From Camelus dromedarius (taxonomy: Eukaryota), in the NCBI RefSeq assembly GCF_036321535.1, contig NC_087436.1:89034001-89098000 (forward strand): DNA of 64,000 nucleotides. Reading direction: 5' to 3'. Positions 38,096-51,000 of this stretch are shown in pieces; positions within the stretch are counted from its first letter, which is position 1, and the number at the start of each line of letters is the position of its first letter. A program made the position numbers and the translations under genes. The notes beneath the pieces were generated by a model. The model searched no databases. It had not been told where the DNA came from and worked only from the letters and a program-made list of their open reading frames with translations.

Positions 38096-40216
38096 TTAGC
38101 TGAATGCACCTGTTAAGTTCCCTTTTTAAGGCTGAGGGGACAGATGCCATTCTCTTGTTGGTACCCTCAAATGATGGCAGTAATGCAATAAACCATGGGG
38201 CAGAAAGGGCAGACATTTTGAAAGACAAAGCTGCAGGCTGCCAATGGAGTCCATGAGCAAATCTCAAAATAGGATGCTCTGCGCTGGGTTGAGAACTGTT
38301 TTATAAAAAATAATGTACAAAAGAAAAAGGAAGGTAGATGGAAAGTCATCCCAAAATCTCACTGATTTGCCCACTGCTTACTATCAAATGTCTCTCATGC
38401 TGTTACATGCCACTTTTTTCTTCTTCCTTCTCTCAACATCTCCCTCACATCCCTCCTAAATCTGTCCTTGTAATACTCATTTCCACAGCAGCCACTACCG
38501 AACTGAACGTTGGTAACCAGTTTGAGGAGACCTATTTTATTGCATGAATCTGTAATATACCCAGGTCATAGGGTCAGTATCACCTTTTAAAATTACAATG
38601 CATCATTTGTGATGAGTCAACATGAAAAGAAGAAACAAATAAGAAAGTTAATGATTTGCATCAAGTATTTGATATATGTATTTTTAAATATAATTTTATT
38701 GTTTGTTTTTTTTTTTTCAAATATTACCTCTAGTTTCTTGATTCTGGAGAATAGAATGAATTAGTTCCCTGGAGTCAGGAAAAGACTTCCTGAAAATTCA
38801 ACTTGTTAAAGAAATTTAAGACTGTAATCTTTTAAAAGGAAGATTCTACTTTGTCTACTTTGTTAAATATAGCATCCTTAACAATAATGTTTGTGTGTCT
38901 GTATAATATTTTGTGTTTATGTTGGTGACAATGAAATGGTAATTGGGAAAAAAAGAAGTGATGTTAGTATCTAATACTAAACTATGCTGTAATGTAAGTA
39001 TTACACACTTGTATTGTGTTTTTACAGCTTCAAACACTTACAGCTATGAATTATATGACACATTATTATATGTCATAACAGCTTGCTCAGTACGATAGGG
39101 CAGGTGCATTATTCTCATCTTATAGCTGAGTAACAGAAACTCTGAGATTAGTTATTTTGCAGTAGATCAGCTAGAGATAAAAGAGTAAGGAGGTGTTAAG
39201 CAAAGGCATTAAAAATAAAAGCAGAGAGATGAAAAAGTAAAATCTAAAACTTGATGAGGTTCCTTAAAAATAAAGTCAGGAAATGTGAAATGATTATTAG
39301 AGACAAAGGAAAACCGGCAAAGGGAATAGAAGTTAGAAAATGAAAAGGGGAAAAAAAAAAAAAAAAAACCAAACCAAACCAAACAAACAACAGTTTAGCC
39401 CTCATTTGCCAGTCAAGATTATTCTATTTAGATGTCCTGATTTGACTACTCAACTTTAGGAGAACAGGTAAAGTAGGAAGTCAGAACTACAATAAAAAAA
39501 GTCACAATGGTTCAGGTCAGTGATGAATTTAAACATGCTGGACCGATATGAAATGCATCATGAGTGCCCCTATTTATTTCTTTGAATAAAATTTAAAATT
39601 TCCCCTAATATAATTCTACCTCACATCCTGTACAGAAACAGTTCATTTAAAATCCACTTATTCCACTTCTGCATCTACTCCTTGGTTTAAATTTTTTAAG
39701 CAAGAAGGGCTAGTAAATAAATGTCTCATTTACTTAGATGAGTTTTAAAGTACGTTAGGTTTTGCATTTCAGAGACCAGGCTTATTCAGCATCTGTGCTG
39801 ACATGTCTAATCAAAGTAGCATTAGCTCTGAGGATGGAAGTGTAAGGAGAACCACAATCCATGATCTTGGTAGCTCTTCTTCCCTGCTGTGGGCATTGTC
39901 CAATGTTTTTTGTTTAACAGTAGCATATATTCACATTCATGTTCGTATTCAAATAATATGTGCAGACATATATATATATGATGTGATAAACTATTTGTTT
40001 ACTTTCTGTAGTCTTGGAATGTTCAAAGGTTAATAAAGGGCTGCCAGAACTTGACATTGTGAAGCTTATGTGCTCAACCAATAAAATGAGCTTTACAGTT
40101 GACGATTAGTCTAGGTATGAAAGGGTATGCCGATCATCTAATCCAGCTCTGTAGTCTCAGAAGAAAAGAGGTGTATATGTTAGCTTATTCATGAATGATG
40201 CTCTTGTGTGTATGGG

Positions 40217-40239
40217 GTGTGTGTGTGTGTGTGTGTGTG
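40217..40239. repeat. (GT)n microsatellite
   Basis: Directly visible, about 11 units. Confidence 0.9.
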
Positions 40240-40969
40240 AATAAGCCCCAGAAAGTGATAACTAAAATGGCTGTAGGATCGAATAATGACGCAGACCCAC
40301 ATGTATCCAGATTCATTAGACAGACCTTACAAATTCTAACTTTCTAAGGAATCTTTAAAGTCTCAAATACAGCCTTCCACTTGCAGCAATTACTCAATCA
40401 TGGCAAGATTAATTCTGAATTTTGTTCCCTCAGGAAGGAAATCATTCTTATTCTGTCCTAACCACAGATCACGAATGCAGCTGATGAATTGTCTGTGCCT
40501 TATTCAAGGGCAAGGAGCTCCATTTAAGAGATACTAAGATCGATACAATTGAACTATAGTTAATTTTCAAAAGATAGTATTTCACAACAATTGATATAGC
40601 TTGTTAATAGTTACAAGGTTCAGCTGTCTCCAAATCCATTTGAGAATAACGCAATAATGTTCTCCACTGTAAAAAGCAGGAACCAAAGAAGAAATCACAA
40701 AGTTAGTAAAAATTAATGTAATGAGAATTTTAAAATATGCTCTAAGAAGCATTTATATAGTGTTGAATGTACTCCAGGATTTTTTTTTTTTACTTCGGTA
40801 AAATTATAAAAAGATACTATGTTGTAAAACATTCACTCTGTAAGTGCTTATACTTAGATGTTTTATTAGCAAGCACTCTCATGGTAATCTCATTCTTTGG
40901 CTACTTATGAGAGCAGCCCTTGCCCAAGCCCTTGCCTATAATTCTATCCCTGGTGGTTGTTTGAAGCTA

Positions 40970-41221
<252 letters not shown>

Positions 41222-41234
41222 TCAGCACCCCCTA

Positions 41235-41420
<186 letters not shown>

Positions 41421-42984
41421 TTAAATGGAGCTCAGTTGGCCTAGAAATTCATTTTGAAGACAGTTTGAGATCTGAAGAGAAAATCCCCAGCAACTGATGG
41501 TAAGATGCTATTGCTGTAAATCAGGATGACATAAGAGGTTTCGTGTTGTGTGCTATTTCTGATGGTTGGTTGTGGCTGCGTTGAGAAGATGGACACCTTA
41601 CTTTAATGAGCATATGCTCTGTGATCTATCATTCAGTGATACCTGACATCACTGCATATTTATTCATTGTGTCTACCAACGGGCACTCTTTGGTTAAATT
41701 AGGGAATGCCTAGATTCCAGGTGCCTGGGCATAGATTTTGACTATGCATTATTTAACAACAACAAGTATAATAATTGAGCACATATTTGTTAAAAGGGAA
41801 ACAGAAGAGGTAAAGGGATGGAGTATAATGAAAGCCCAATTTTGTACATACCCATTAAATGATCGACGTTCAAAAAGGAAGTATACTTTTTTTTTTTAGA
41901 AAATTAGGCAAGCTTCTATTTATATCCTTTGATTATAGCTACTGTATAGGTGAAAATTTTAGTAACTACATGAATTTTTGAAGCTATCTTTATATGAGAA
42001 TGAGCTTTAAGTGATTTAAGGGGAATGAGTAGAAGATTGTAGAAGGGTCTGTCCTGAAATCTATTTCCCTTTCCACTTCTGCTCCTACTAGCCAGTGGTC
42101 TAACTGAGTTATGGTCATATATTAGGGCAGCTTGCATAAAAACAATGTATTGATATATTAAAAAAATCTAAAAATCATTTAAGACATATAGAACACTACA
42201 TTTGTAACTTTCTGCTAGAGACAAAAAGGTCTTTCTAAGGTTATTTTCTATTTATAGTCACCTCAAATAAAAAGCATCAAATCTTTTCCCATTAGAAATA
42301 CTAAGGCTTGTGTTTCAAAAGTAACCATATGATGTAGTAGACATTTTGCTGACCTACTTTTGATTAAAGCGAGAAACGTTTTCTCAAGAGATAAAAAATA
42401 ATATATTTAAAATTTAGAAGTTGAATGCCAAGTGCCAATGGATCACTATCAACATATCCTTGAAAGAATGTGAGAAAATTTAAGTTATTCTTCCCTTTTT
42501 TTTTTTTGAGGGGAAATAAAACTGTTTTAACTTTATGGCTTTAAACATTTCTAACTTCTTTTCAGAAAGCTCTTTTTAGAATTCTTATCCCTGAACTCAT
42601 TGAATTCACAATTGTTTTATATTTGTTACTTTTGCCGTATAGAGGTTATTATTTACTGTAATATATTTCAATTTGTTTTATTTTATTTCTCTTTAAACCA
42701 TTTCTCTCTTAGGTCCAAGAACTTGCCCTTTCTTCAAAGGGTAATCTTTCATAGTCAGTAACCCATTTCACAATGACCCAAGTGTGGACATAGAAATAGA
42801 AGATATTTATTTCTGGGTATAATCTTCAGGGTCTGAGAGGCTGTGAGATCCACTTTGCCCAGTGGACTCAGAGCAATCTACATGGAACTAACTGGTGTAC
42901 TGGGGGCTCTGTATTTGAGCATGGCTCTGTAAGGCTGTGATTCTTAGCATCTCTTTGAGAATCTGATAGGACCTTCTGAACTCA

Positions 42985-44105
42985 GTGAGAAGACAAGTCA
43001 CACACTGGGTGAAAATATATGCAAAAGACACAACTGTTAAAGGACTGTTACCCAAAATATGAAAGATCTTAAAACTTGGCAGTAAAAAACCAAAAAAATC
43101 TGATTAAAAAAATGGGCAAAGACCTTAGCAGACATCTCACCAAAGGAGATATACAGATAGCAAATAAGCACATGAAAAGATGCTCCACATGATATGTTGT
43201 TAGAGAAATGCAAATTAAAACAATCGTGTGATACTACTACACACCTATCAGAATGGTCAAAAGTCAGGAATACTGACACGACCAAATGCTGGAGAGGATG
43301 TGGAGCAGTAAGAACTCTCATTCATTGCTGGTGGGAATACAAAACAGTACAGCCAGTTTGCAGTTTCTCACAAAGCTAAACGTACTCTAATCATATGATC
43401 TAGCAGTCATGCTCCTTGGTTTTTACCTCAATGAAATGAAAACTTATGTCCACACAAAAACCTGTACACAGGTGTTTACAGCAGTTTTATTTATAATTGC
43501 CCAAACTTGGGAGCAACCAACATGTCCTTTGGTCTTTTGATAAACTGTGGTACACCTAGGCAATGGCATATTACTCATGATAAAAAGAAATGAGCTATCA
43601 ACCCAAGAAAAGACATGGGGGAAACTTAAATATATATTACTAAGTGGAAAAGTCAACCTGAGATGGCTACATACTGTATGATTCCAGCTCTGTGACATTC
43701 TGGCAAAGGCAAACCTGTGGAGACAGTAATATCAGTGGTGGCCAGGGGTTGAGGGGATGGGAGGGATAAATAGGCAGAGCACAGAAGGTCTTTGGAGAGC
43801 AATGAAAATACTCTGTGTGATACCACAGTGGTGGGTACATGTCATCATGCATTTATCTAAACCCACAGAACGGACAGCACTAAGAGTGAGCCCTGAAGTA
43901 AACTATGGACTCTGGGTGATAACGATGTGTCCGTGCAGGTTCATCAGTTGTAACAAATGCACCACTTTGGTGGGGGACGCTGATAGCATGGGGGGCTGTG
44001 CAAGTGTGGGGGCAAGAGGTATATGGGAAATCTCTGTATCTTCCCCTCAATTTTGCTGTGAACCTACAACGGTTTTAAAAATATTCTTAAAAAACAACTT
44101 CTGAA
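42985..44105 (+). mobile_element. L1 (L1MB/MC-like) ORF2 end and 3' UTR, antisense to GABRB1
   Basis: aaaatgggcaaagaccttagcagacatctcaccaaagg...gaaatgcaaattaaaaca...aactatggactctgggtgataacgatgtgt...ttttgctgtgaacctacaac. Confidence 0.9.
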
Positions 44106-44989
44106 AAAATTCTACAGAAAGATATACAAATAATACATAGGTACAGATAGGTAAACAAATACAATTTGATGATAATTGTAGAACATCATGGATTCCCTTG
44201 TAGCCCATTTATAGGTTCTAGAACAAGAACCTCCTTCCCGAAGGGAAATGGGCAGTGGCAACAAGACAGCTTTAATTCAACGCTGATGCCCTCTCTTCCA
44301 CTTCTGATTCAACTGTGAACTTCTAAGCTCAGCATGAAGTAAGATCTGGGGACTGAGATCTCGGCTTTGTCTGGATCTAGTAGACAGTGATGTCATGGGA
44401 TTTTTTCCCCCTCAGGAAAAAGACAGAACCTGGGGACTTGGCATGGGGTCCCTGGATGGGGATTAGAACAGGGAGATTACGGAAGAAAGCTGGGTTCAGG
44501 GATTTGGGGAGCCTATTAAATGAAGATTGCTAGCACTTGTGTGACTATCTGGAGGAACTGCTGTTTTTTTCCAGCCCCTTAATGAGATGTAGGAAAGTCG
44601 AAAAAGTGGGCTGAGTGTCTGAAAGAGAAAGAGGGAGAGAGAGAGGAGACAGAGGCTGCCTCCTGGTGCACCAGCAGGGGAATGCCAACTTGCCTGGAGC
44701 CCACCACGCTTTCCACCTAGAACACTGTTTCCGTTTAGGATGCTCTGGCAGCTGGGCTCAAATGTAAAGAGATGTGCAAGAAAAACAATAATATTTATAC
44801 AAAAAACCCCATCATCCTAGAGAAGGAAAAGAGCAGAACATCCAGAATAAATGGTCCCTTGTGAGAAGTGGTGGAAGAAGCAGATTTCATTTCCCACCTT
44901 ATTCAAAATATAGGAACACACAAGAATATTTGGTACAACACAAAAAATTCCTTACTTCCTTGTCCTAAAACCCATAGTTTTTAATTAAA

Positions 44990-46815
44990 AAAAGTGTTAG
45001 ATAAGTTGAGAAGATGGTCACTGGTGAGGCCAGATTTGTGGCTTGGAAGACAAAATTAGAGAGATTTGGAAAGCATGGAGAAAATACAAGGGCTCTGAAA
45101 GACTCATCTCGGAGAGCTAACACATGAAGAGTGGGCACCCTTGAAAGAACAAGAAGAGCCACAAATAACACACATAAAGAAAAAACAAACATCCCTGAAT
45201 TTAATACATCAACCGTTTTGCATATTGAAGGTTCATTATGTTAGGTAATCCTGATATCATTCCTGAACTCCAAGGGTAAAAAAATAATCTTACAACTTTC
45301 CAGACAGAGAGTACAAGGTGTTTTCACAGGAAAAAGTATCGGATTTCTGATGTGCAGCTCTAGAAAGGAAAGGATTGTAGAATAACAATACAGAACATCT
45401 GGAAAGAAGGCAAAAGGACAGCAACTCAGAAACTCAACAGCCCCATTCCCTGCCCAGATACTGCCTCTTTCCAGAGAAGATACATGAAAATCAGAGAACA
45501 CATCACACAGGGACCTGTTTGAGGAAACTCTTCTACAGAAGACACCGATCAAACCAGTGAATTAGGATAACTAAGACATCATAGGAGAAGGCACTGTGGA
45601 AACAGGGGGGCTGTGAAGAATTGTAAGACTGCTCTGCTCAAGTCTATGCAACAAATTTGAAAATCTGAATGAAATGGATAATTTTCAAGCATTTACAAAA
45701 CCCCAAATCAGGAGAGATGGAAGATCAAAATAGCTTGATGTTACTCCCTACAAACAAATAAACACTAGACTCAAACATTTAAAAACTGATAATGCGATTT
45801 CTGCTTAAACAGTTCCAAAGTATAGCCTAAGAATGAAAACTTTCAAATTATGTTCACAAAGTAAGCAGAGTATATTAGGCAAACAAAACCCAGGGGTACA
45901 TTAAACAGCAAAGCATAACGAGTGGGGTTTATTCTAAGAGTACACATGGTTCAACATTAGAAAATCTGCTAATATACTTCATTATATTAACAGATCTAAG
46001 GAGGAAAAAAAATACAGTTATTTACACACACACAAATACCTTTTATGCTAAAAGGTATTTGACAAAATTTAATAGCCATTCTGTTTTTTTTAACAAAACG
46101 AATAATGTTACTCAATAAATATGAATAGATGAATAGTTCCTTAACATGATAAGATACATCTATCTCAGCCTCAAAGCCAGCGTCATGCCTATTGTAGAAA
46201 CAGTAGAACAGTCCCATGAAAGTTAGGAGCAAGATAAGAGTGTCCACTACCATTGCTATTGTTTTTAACATTATTCTGGAAATACCAACCAATGCTTTAG
46301 ACAAAAGAAAGAAAATTGAATTATAAAGTTGGAAAACTGCTGGTTAAACTATTAAGATTTAGTAATTATACAATTGTATAACCAGTAAACCCTAAAGAAT
46401 TAACTGAGTGACTATTGCAAACAATAGAATTTAGTATGATTGTGGGGTACAAAATTACTCTATAGGAATGGGTAGCTTTCATGTATAAAAGCATGTATTT
46501 TATATATGTTCATAACATATAATAGAAGAAAAAGGCCTCTTTAAAAATAGAGACAAGAAATATCTAGTAATAAACTTAGAAACAGGCAAGGCACATGAAG
46601 CGACATTTGAAACACCTTTGAAAGGCACCAAAGAAGCCTTGAACAAATGAAAAGACATACCATGCTTTGAATAAGACTCAACATCATACGTTTATTTACT
46701 TTAGCGTGATTGTCTAATAGCACCAATGTGTTTTCATGCTTTGGGGAACTAGACAAAGTGATTCTAAAGTTAGAAAAAAACAAATCAGAAAATCCAAGAC
46801 AGCTCTAAAAAATCA
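44990..46815 (+). mobile_element. Ancient L1 (L1ME-like) ORF1/ORF2 remnants
   Basis: A-rich decayed L1 text (acaaatttgaaaatctgaatgaaatggataa; tggttcaacattagaaaatc; gaacaaatgaaaagacataccatgc). Confidence 0.7.
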
Positions 46816-47039
46816 GACTCATAGCTTTGTGCTACTTAACTTGACCATCAGGCACTAACCCATGTGTGTGTCTTACTCATTCAACAAGCAGGTATTTACT
46901 GAGGGCTGACTGTGTGCTGGGGGTGGAAGAGTCCTGTGGCTACTGGGGTGAGTAAAGCTGACATGGCTCCTGCCCTCCTGGAGCGTGAATAATTCATGTA
47001 AAATGTTACATATTTCACCACAAAATTTCTTTTGAAATC

Positions 47040-48090
47040 CTTCTGTGGCAGGTGCTGCATGGATTGGCTTTCTTGGGCACGTGTTCTAATCTTTAGGCGA
47101 GCTAAAACGACATTTCTCAGATTCCTTTGCCACTGAGGTTGTGGATGTGACCTAGGCTCCCTGCATTAGATAAAGCTCAATGATGTCAAAGGTGATATTT
47201 GAGGCTCTCACTGTGCTGACGCATCTCATTCAGTACAGATGGCTCTGGAACCAGGAATTCCGGTTTTAGCTTTCTGTGGTCCTGGAGTCCACATGATGGC
47301 AGGGGCTACTTGTTACCAGCTTCCTGACGGTGGTGAAGCCACCAGTCCCCTTGGAGGGCCAGTCTGCACTGTGGTGCTGGCAGTTATTTCTAGCTGCCCA
47401 GCCTAGAGCCTACGACTTCAGTCTTTTAATTTTGTGAGCATCGCTTCCTTCTATTAAATCTCTTCTTGCTTAAGTTAGCCAAGTGGGCTTCTGCTATCTG
47501 CAGCAGCATCCAGACTGATATACTCTTTCTCTTCTAGAGAAGAATTATTTTGCTCCGAATTTAGGATTACCAGAGCTTTTCGTTAAAACCTCTGTGTGCC
47601 AGTCCTCCATGTGCTGTTTCTGTGCGTCTTATCCCGCTTTCTACACTCTGCTCTGTACCACTGGGGCTGGGCTCCCCGTCTCCCTGGCTTCCTGCTAGAT
47701 GCTGCCCCTAGGAAGAACGGGATGAAGATGAGAAGGTAGAAGGGTTGGGGTAAGGCTCTCAATTCTGTCTCTGGCAGTGTGGTAGTGCCGCTGTCGCTGG
47801 TGATTGCTGCCGGGGCAAGTGGGTGGTTCCAGACTCGCACAGCACCTATTCTGGTGACTCTGCAAACAATGAGAACAGCATTTCTACAAGATCTAACAGA
47901 TTCGGACTCACGGGCCCTTGCGCAGGAGTATTAGCAGCTTCTGGCATTTGCTTCTTTAGCATCCTTTTTCCCTCCTCTTCTTTGCTTTTCCAGCTTGTCC
48001 ATCCTTGTAACCAATTCTCTCTATTAAATTCCCTTTTTGAAAAACCTTGTGTGGTTTCTGCTTTCCTGATGGGATCCTGTCAGCTCATAG
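47040..48090. mobile_element. Old ERVL/MaLR-type LTR remnants (probably two)
   Basis: LTR-like 3' ends: tattaaatctcttcttgcttaagttagcc...ccagactgatata, and tgtaaccaattctctctattaaattcccttt...gtggtttctgctttcctga. Confidence 0.5.
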
Positions 48091-51000
48091 TACATCTTAC
48101 AGTGCAAATACTTCATTTATTTACATGGCTCTGTGTTTATCTCTGCCTCTTACCTCCTACATCTCTCATTATATTATACACTTTCTGAAAGCAAAGACTT
48201 TTTTTTTTTATTCATTAAAAATATTCCTGATGCCTGGAGCAGATTCTGTGCACAGTTATGTATCCAATACATGTTTCTGAATAAATGCATTCGTGACTGT
48301 TGTTTACTGCTTCTAAGTTTTCTGTCTCAGACTATAACCTGACAGAGGTGACTTATTGGTAGCATTCTTGAGCTAGATTTCCTCCTTGACTAAGATGGTT
48401 CTGCTCTTAGGGGACTTACAGTGGGTCTGGGCACCAAGGAAATGGAAAAAGCTGCTTATTCGTTCTAGGCTCACTGAATGACGAGGTGATAAATTACAGC
48501 CTCAAGACGATCTTCGAATTACAGACTTCCAGGGGAGAAACATGTAAGCAATAACTAGAGTTGAGGGACCAGGGATGGCTTGCAGTTTGGCGTTGAGACG
48601 GGACAGGACAGTGGGTGAGCCCAAACACCACTTCTCACTGTCTTCTGCTTCTGTGGAGCAGCGGAACACTTTGATGCCTTGCACAATAAAAGAGCTGGAA
48701 TATGGCTATCAATCAAAGTGAATTTTAACAGTTTTTAACAATTTCTATGATCAGTGGTCTGGGTCTGCATTCCCAAGCTCGCTTGCACTTTGTTTAACTA
48801 AAACCCGTTAGACTCAGAGTTCAAGGCACTGAGAAAATTATAGTTGATTTGGAAGGGAAAAAGAATGTTCACTCCATTTCAGGTAGACGTGTGAGTTGTC
48901 GTGGGAACAATAATGGCTGCTGGGCCCAAAGGAAAGAACAGTGGCCTGGAAATAAACTATTGTTCAAAGATTACACAAGAACATTTTGCCACAGAGAGCG
49001 AACATCAATTTACTCACACCCAAACAACCTGTTTACCAAAGATTTCCTTTATGAACCAGGGACTTCACACAGTGTCTTCACAAAGCCCAAACACTTGGAT
49101 GCCAAGGATATGGTTTCCTAGCAACAATAACTATCCAGAAGCTCTCAGAATTTCCTCTCGGCCCCTGAGGACTTCTTAGTGGTGCAGAAAGTGCAGATAA
49201 AATTAAGTTGATGTTGGTGGATAAAGATGCATGTGGCTAGTACAAACGTAGAAGGATCTGGATGTTAGTGTTTCTCTTCACTATTTGAAACACTCTATAT
49301 TGGATGCATTTTCTAATCTGGAAATAAAAATTACTCCCCGCTGTGCTGAATAGAGCCAGGGATTGTCTAAAATTGTACAGAGCTGTGCTTGAGAAAATCG
49401 ATTTAAGCTGCTAATCCATGAGTGGGCATCAGTAAATGGGTTTCCCTTTGTGGGGCAGCCACAGCCTCATGGCAAATCTCATAGTGTGGGGCTTGATGGG
49501 CTTCAGGCAATTGTTAAAATACCATCCCCTTTGCTATTGTGACTGGCTCAGGGTTAGTAATCACCCAGGTCCAAAACAATTAGGTCATAGCAATTCTAAG
49601 ACCAAATTAATTGCTTGGAAATAGGCATGTGACCCAAATTGGTCCAGTACTAGAGAAAACTAGGACTTGTATTCAAAAGTTGGAGGAGAGAAGATTTCCC
49701 TCCCTCTGAGCTGTGGGTAAAAAAATGCTCAGTGGAGAGTGGCCAATCCCGTTATAAGAGCCAGTGTCTTCACTTCCTGTTTACGTCAGTCATTACTGGC
49801 ACCTGATTGGTTACGCTCATGATTGACATTTCAACTGACCTACTGAAATAAGCTTAGTAGTCTCCTACTCTCCAATTCCTCCCCCTCCTTCCACATGAGG
49901 GCAGAAATGTTAGGAATTTATCGATGTCTCTTCTCCTGTAGCTTTGTAGACCCTTCCCATTCCAAGGTTATTAGATATTTGTAATGGTGCCTCTCAGAGG
50001 CAGATAAGCAAACCAGCTGGGTCTAATCTTTCCAGTGGCTCACAATCTGCTGTAACATTTATTCTAAAGGCTGCTTGGATTCCTATCCCATGCATCTCTG
50101 TGTGCTCATGATGTCCTAAGAAGCAGCAAACACTGAAGCCAGATTTTAAAAGCATTCTCACAAATATTAAGAATCTGTAAGTACAAATCTATGCAACAGC
50201 CCACTTAATAACTGACTCCTATCTGAAGACCCAGCGTATGAGTGGTCCTCCTGACCCTAGGGATAGCCCACTCAGTATTTTCTCACTCAGCTCGGTAGTT
50301 AATTATATTTTTAGGTAATCACTAGAAAATGTGTCCTTGTAATAAGTAAAAATTCATCTTCTCGGAGATCCTTCCCCATCTGGTCCTTGTCTACCCCTTG
50401 TGCTAACAGAAAACAAACCCAGTACCTTTTTGACATGGCAGAGCCTCCCGTTTTGGGGGACATCTCTTATGATCCCTTTCAGTGTTTCCTTCTTCAGGCC
50501 CTGGTCCCTCCCAGGATGGACTCAATCTATGAAGCGTTTCTCCTCTCAGTAGTTTCCTGTTTGCTTCTATGCCCCTTGAAGCACAGGAGCCCCAGACAGA
50601 GAGGAGGTCATGTCTACCTGTCTCTTCTTCCTCTTTTTGAGTTTTCCTGTGGTGTTGACTCACCTCCAAGATGAATCCTGCCGTGGGCATTGAGCCACTC
50701 CTGACTGATTTAGAAAGCAGGGAGCAGCGGATTTAGAATTATAGCTCATCCTTCAGATTTGGAATCTGAAAGTCCAGGCATGTTTCCTGGCTTCTTAAGC
50801 CTTCTCTGAGAAGTCTCCTTCCCCTCCATGTCCAGTCAGACCTAGGACCGGATGCACCAGGAGCGAGGTCAGGGTGCCCAGGCTTCTCCCCACTCCTCAA
50901 GCCTTGGCACCTCCTATGTTTGGCCGATGAGTAAATTTCCAGAATGACTTTCTTGCTCCTTCATATCTGACTGCTTAATACCACATAGTCCATTAATCCT

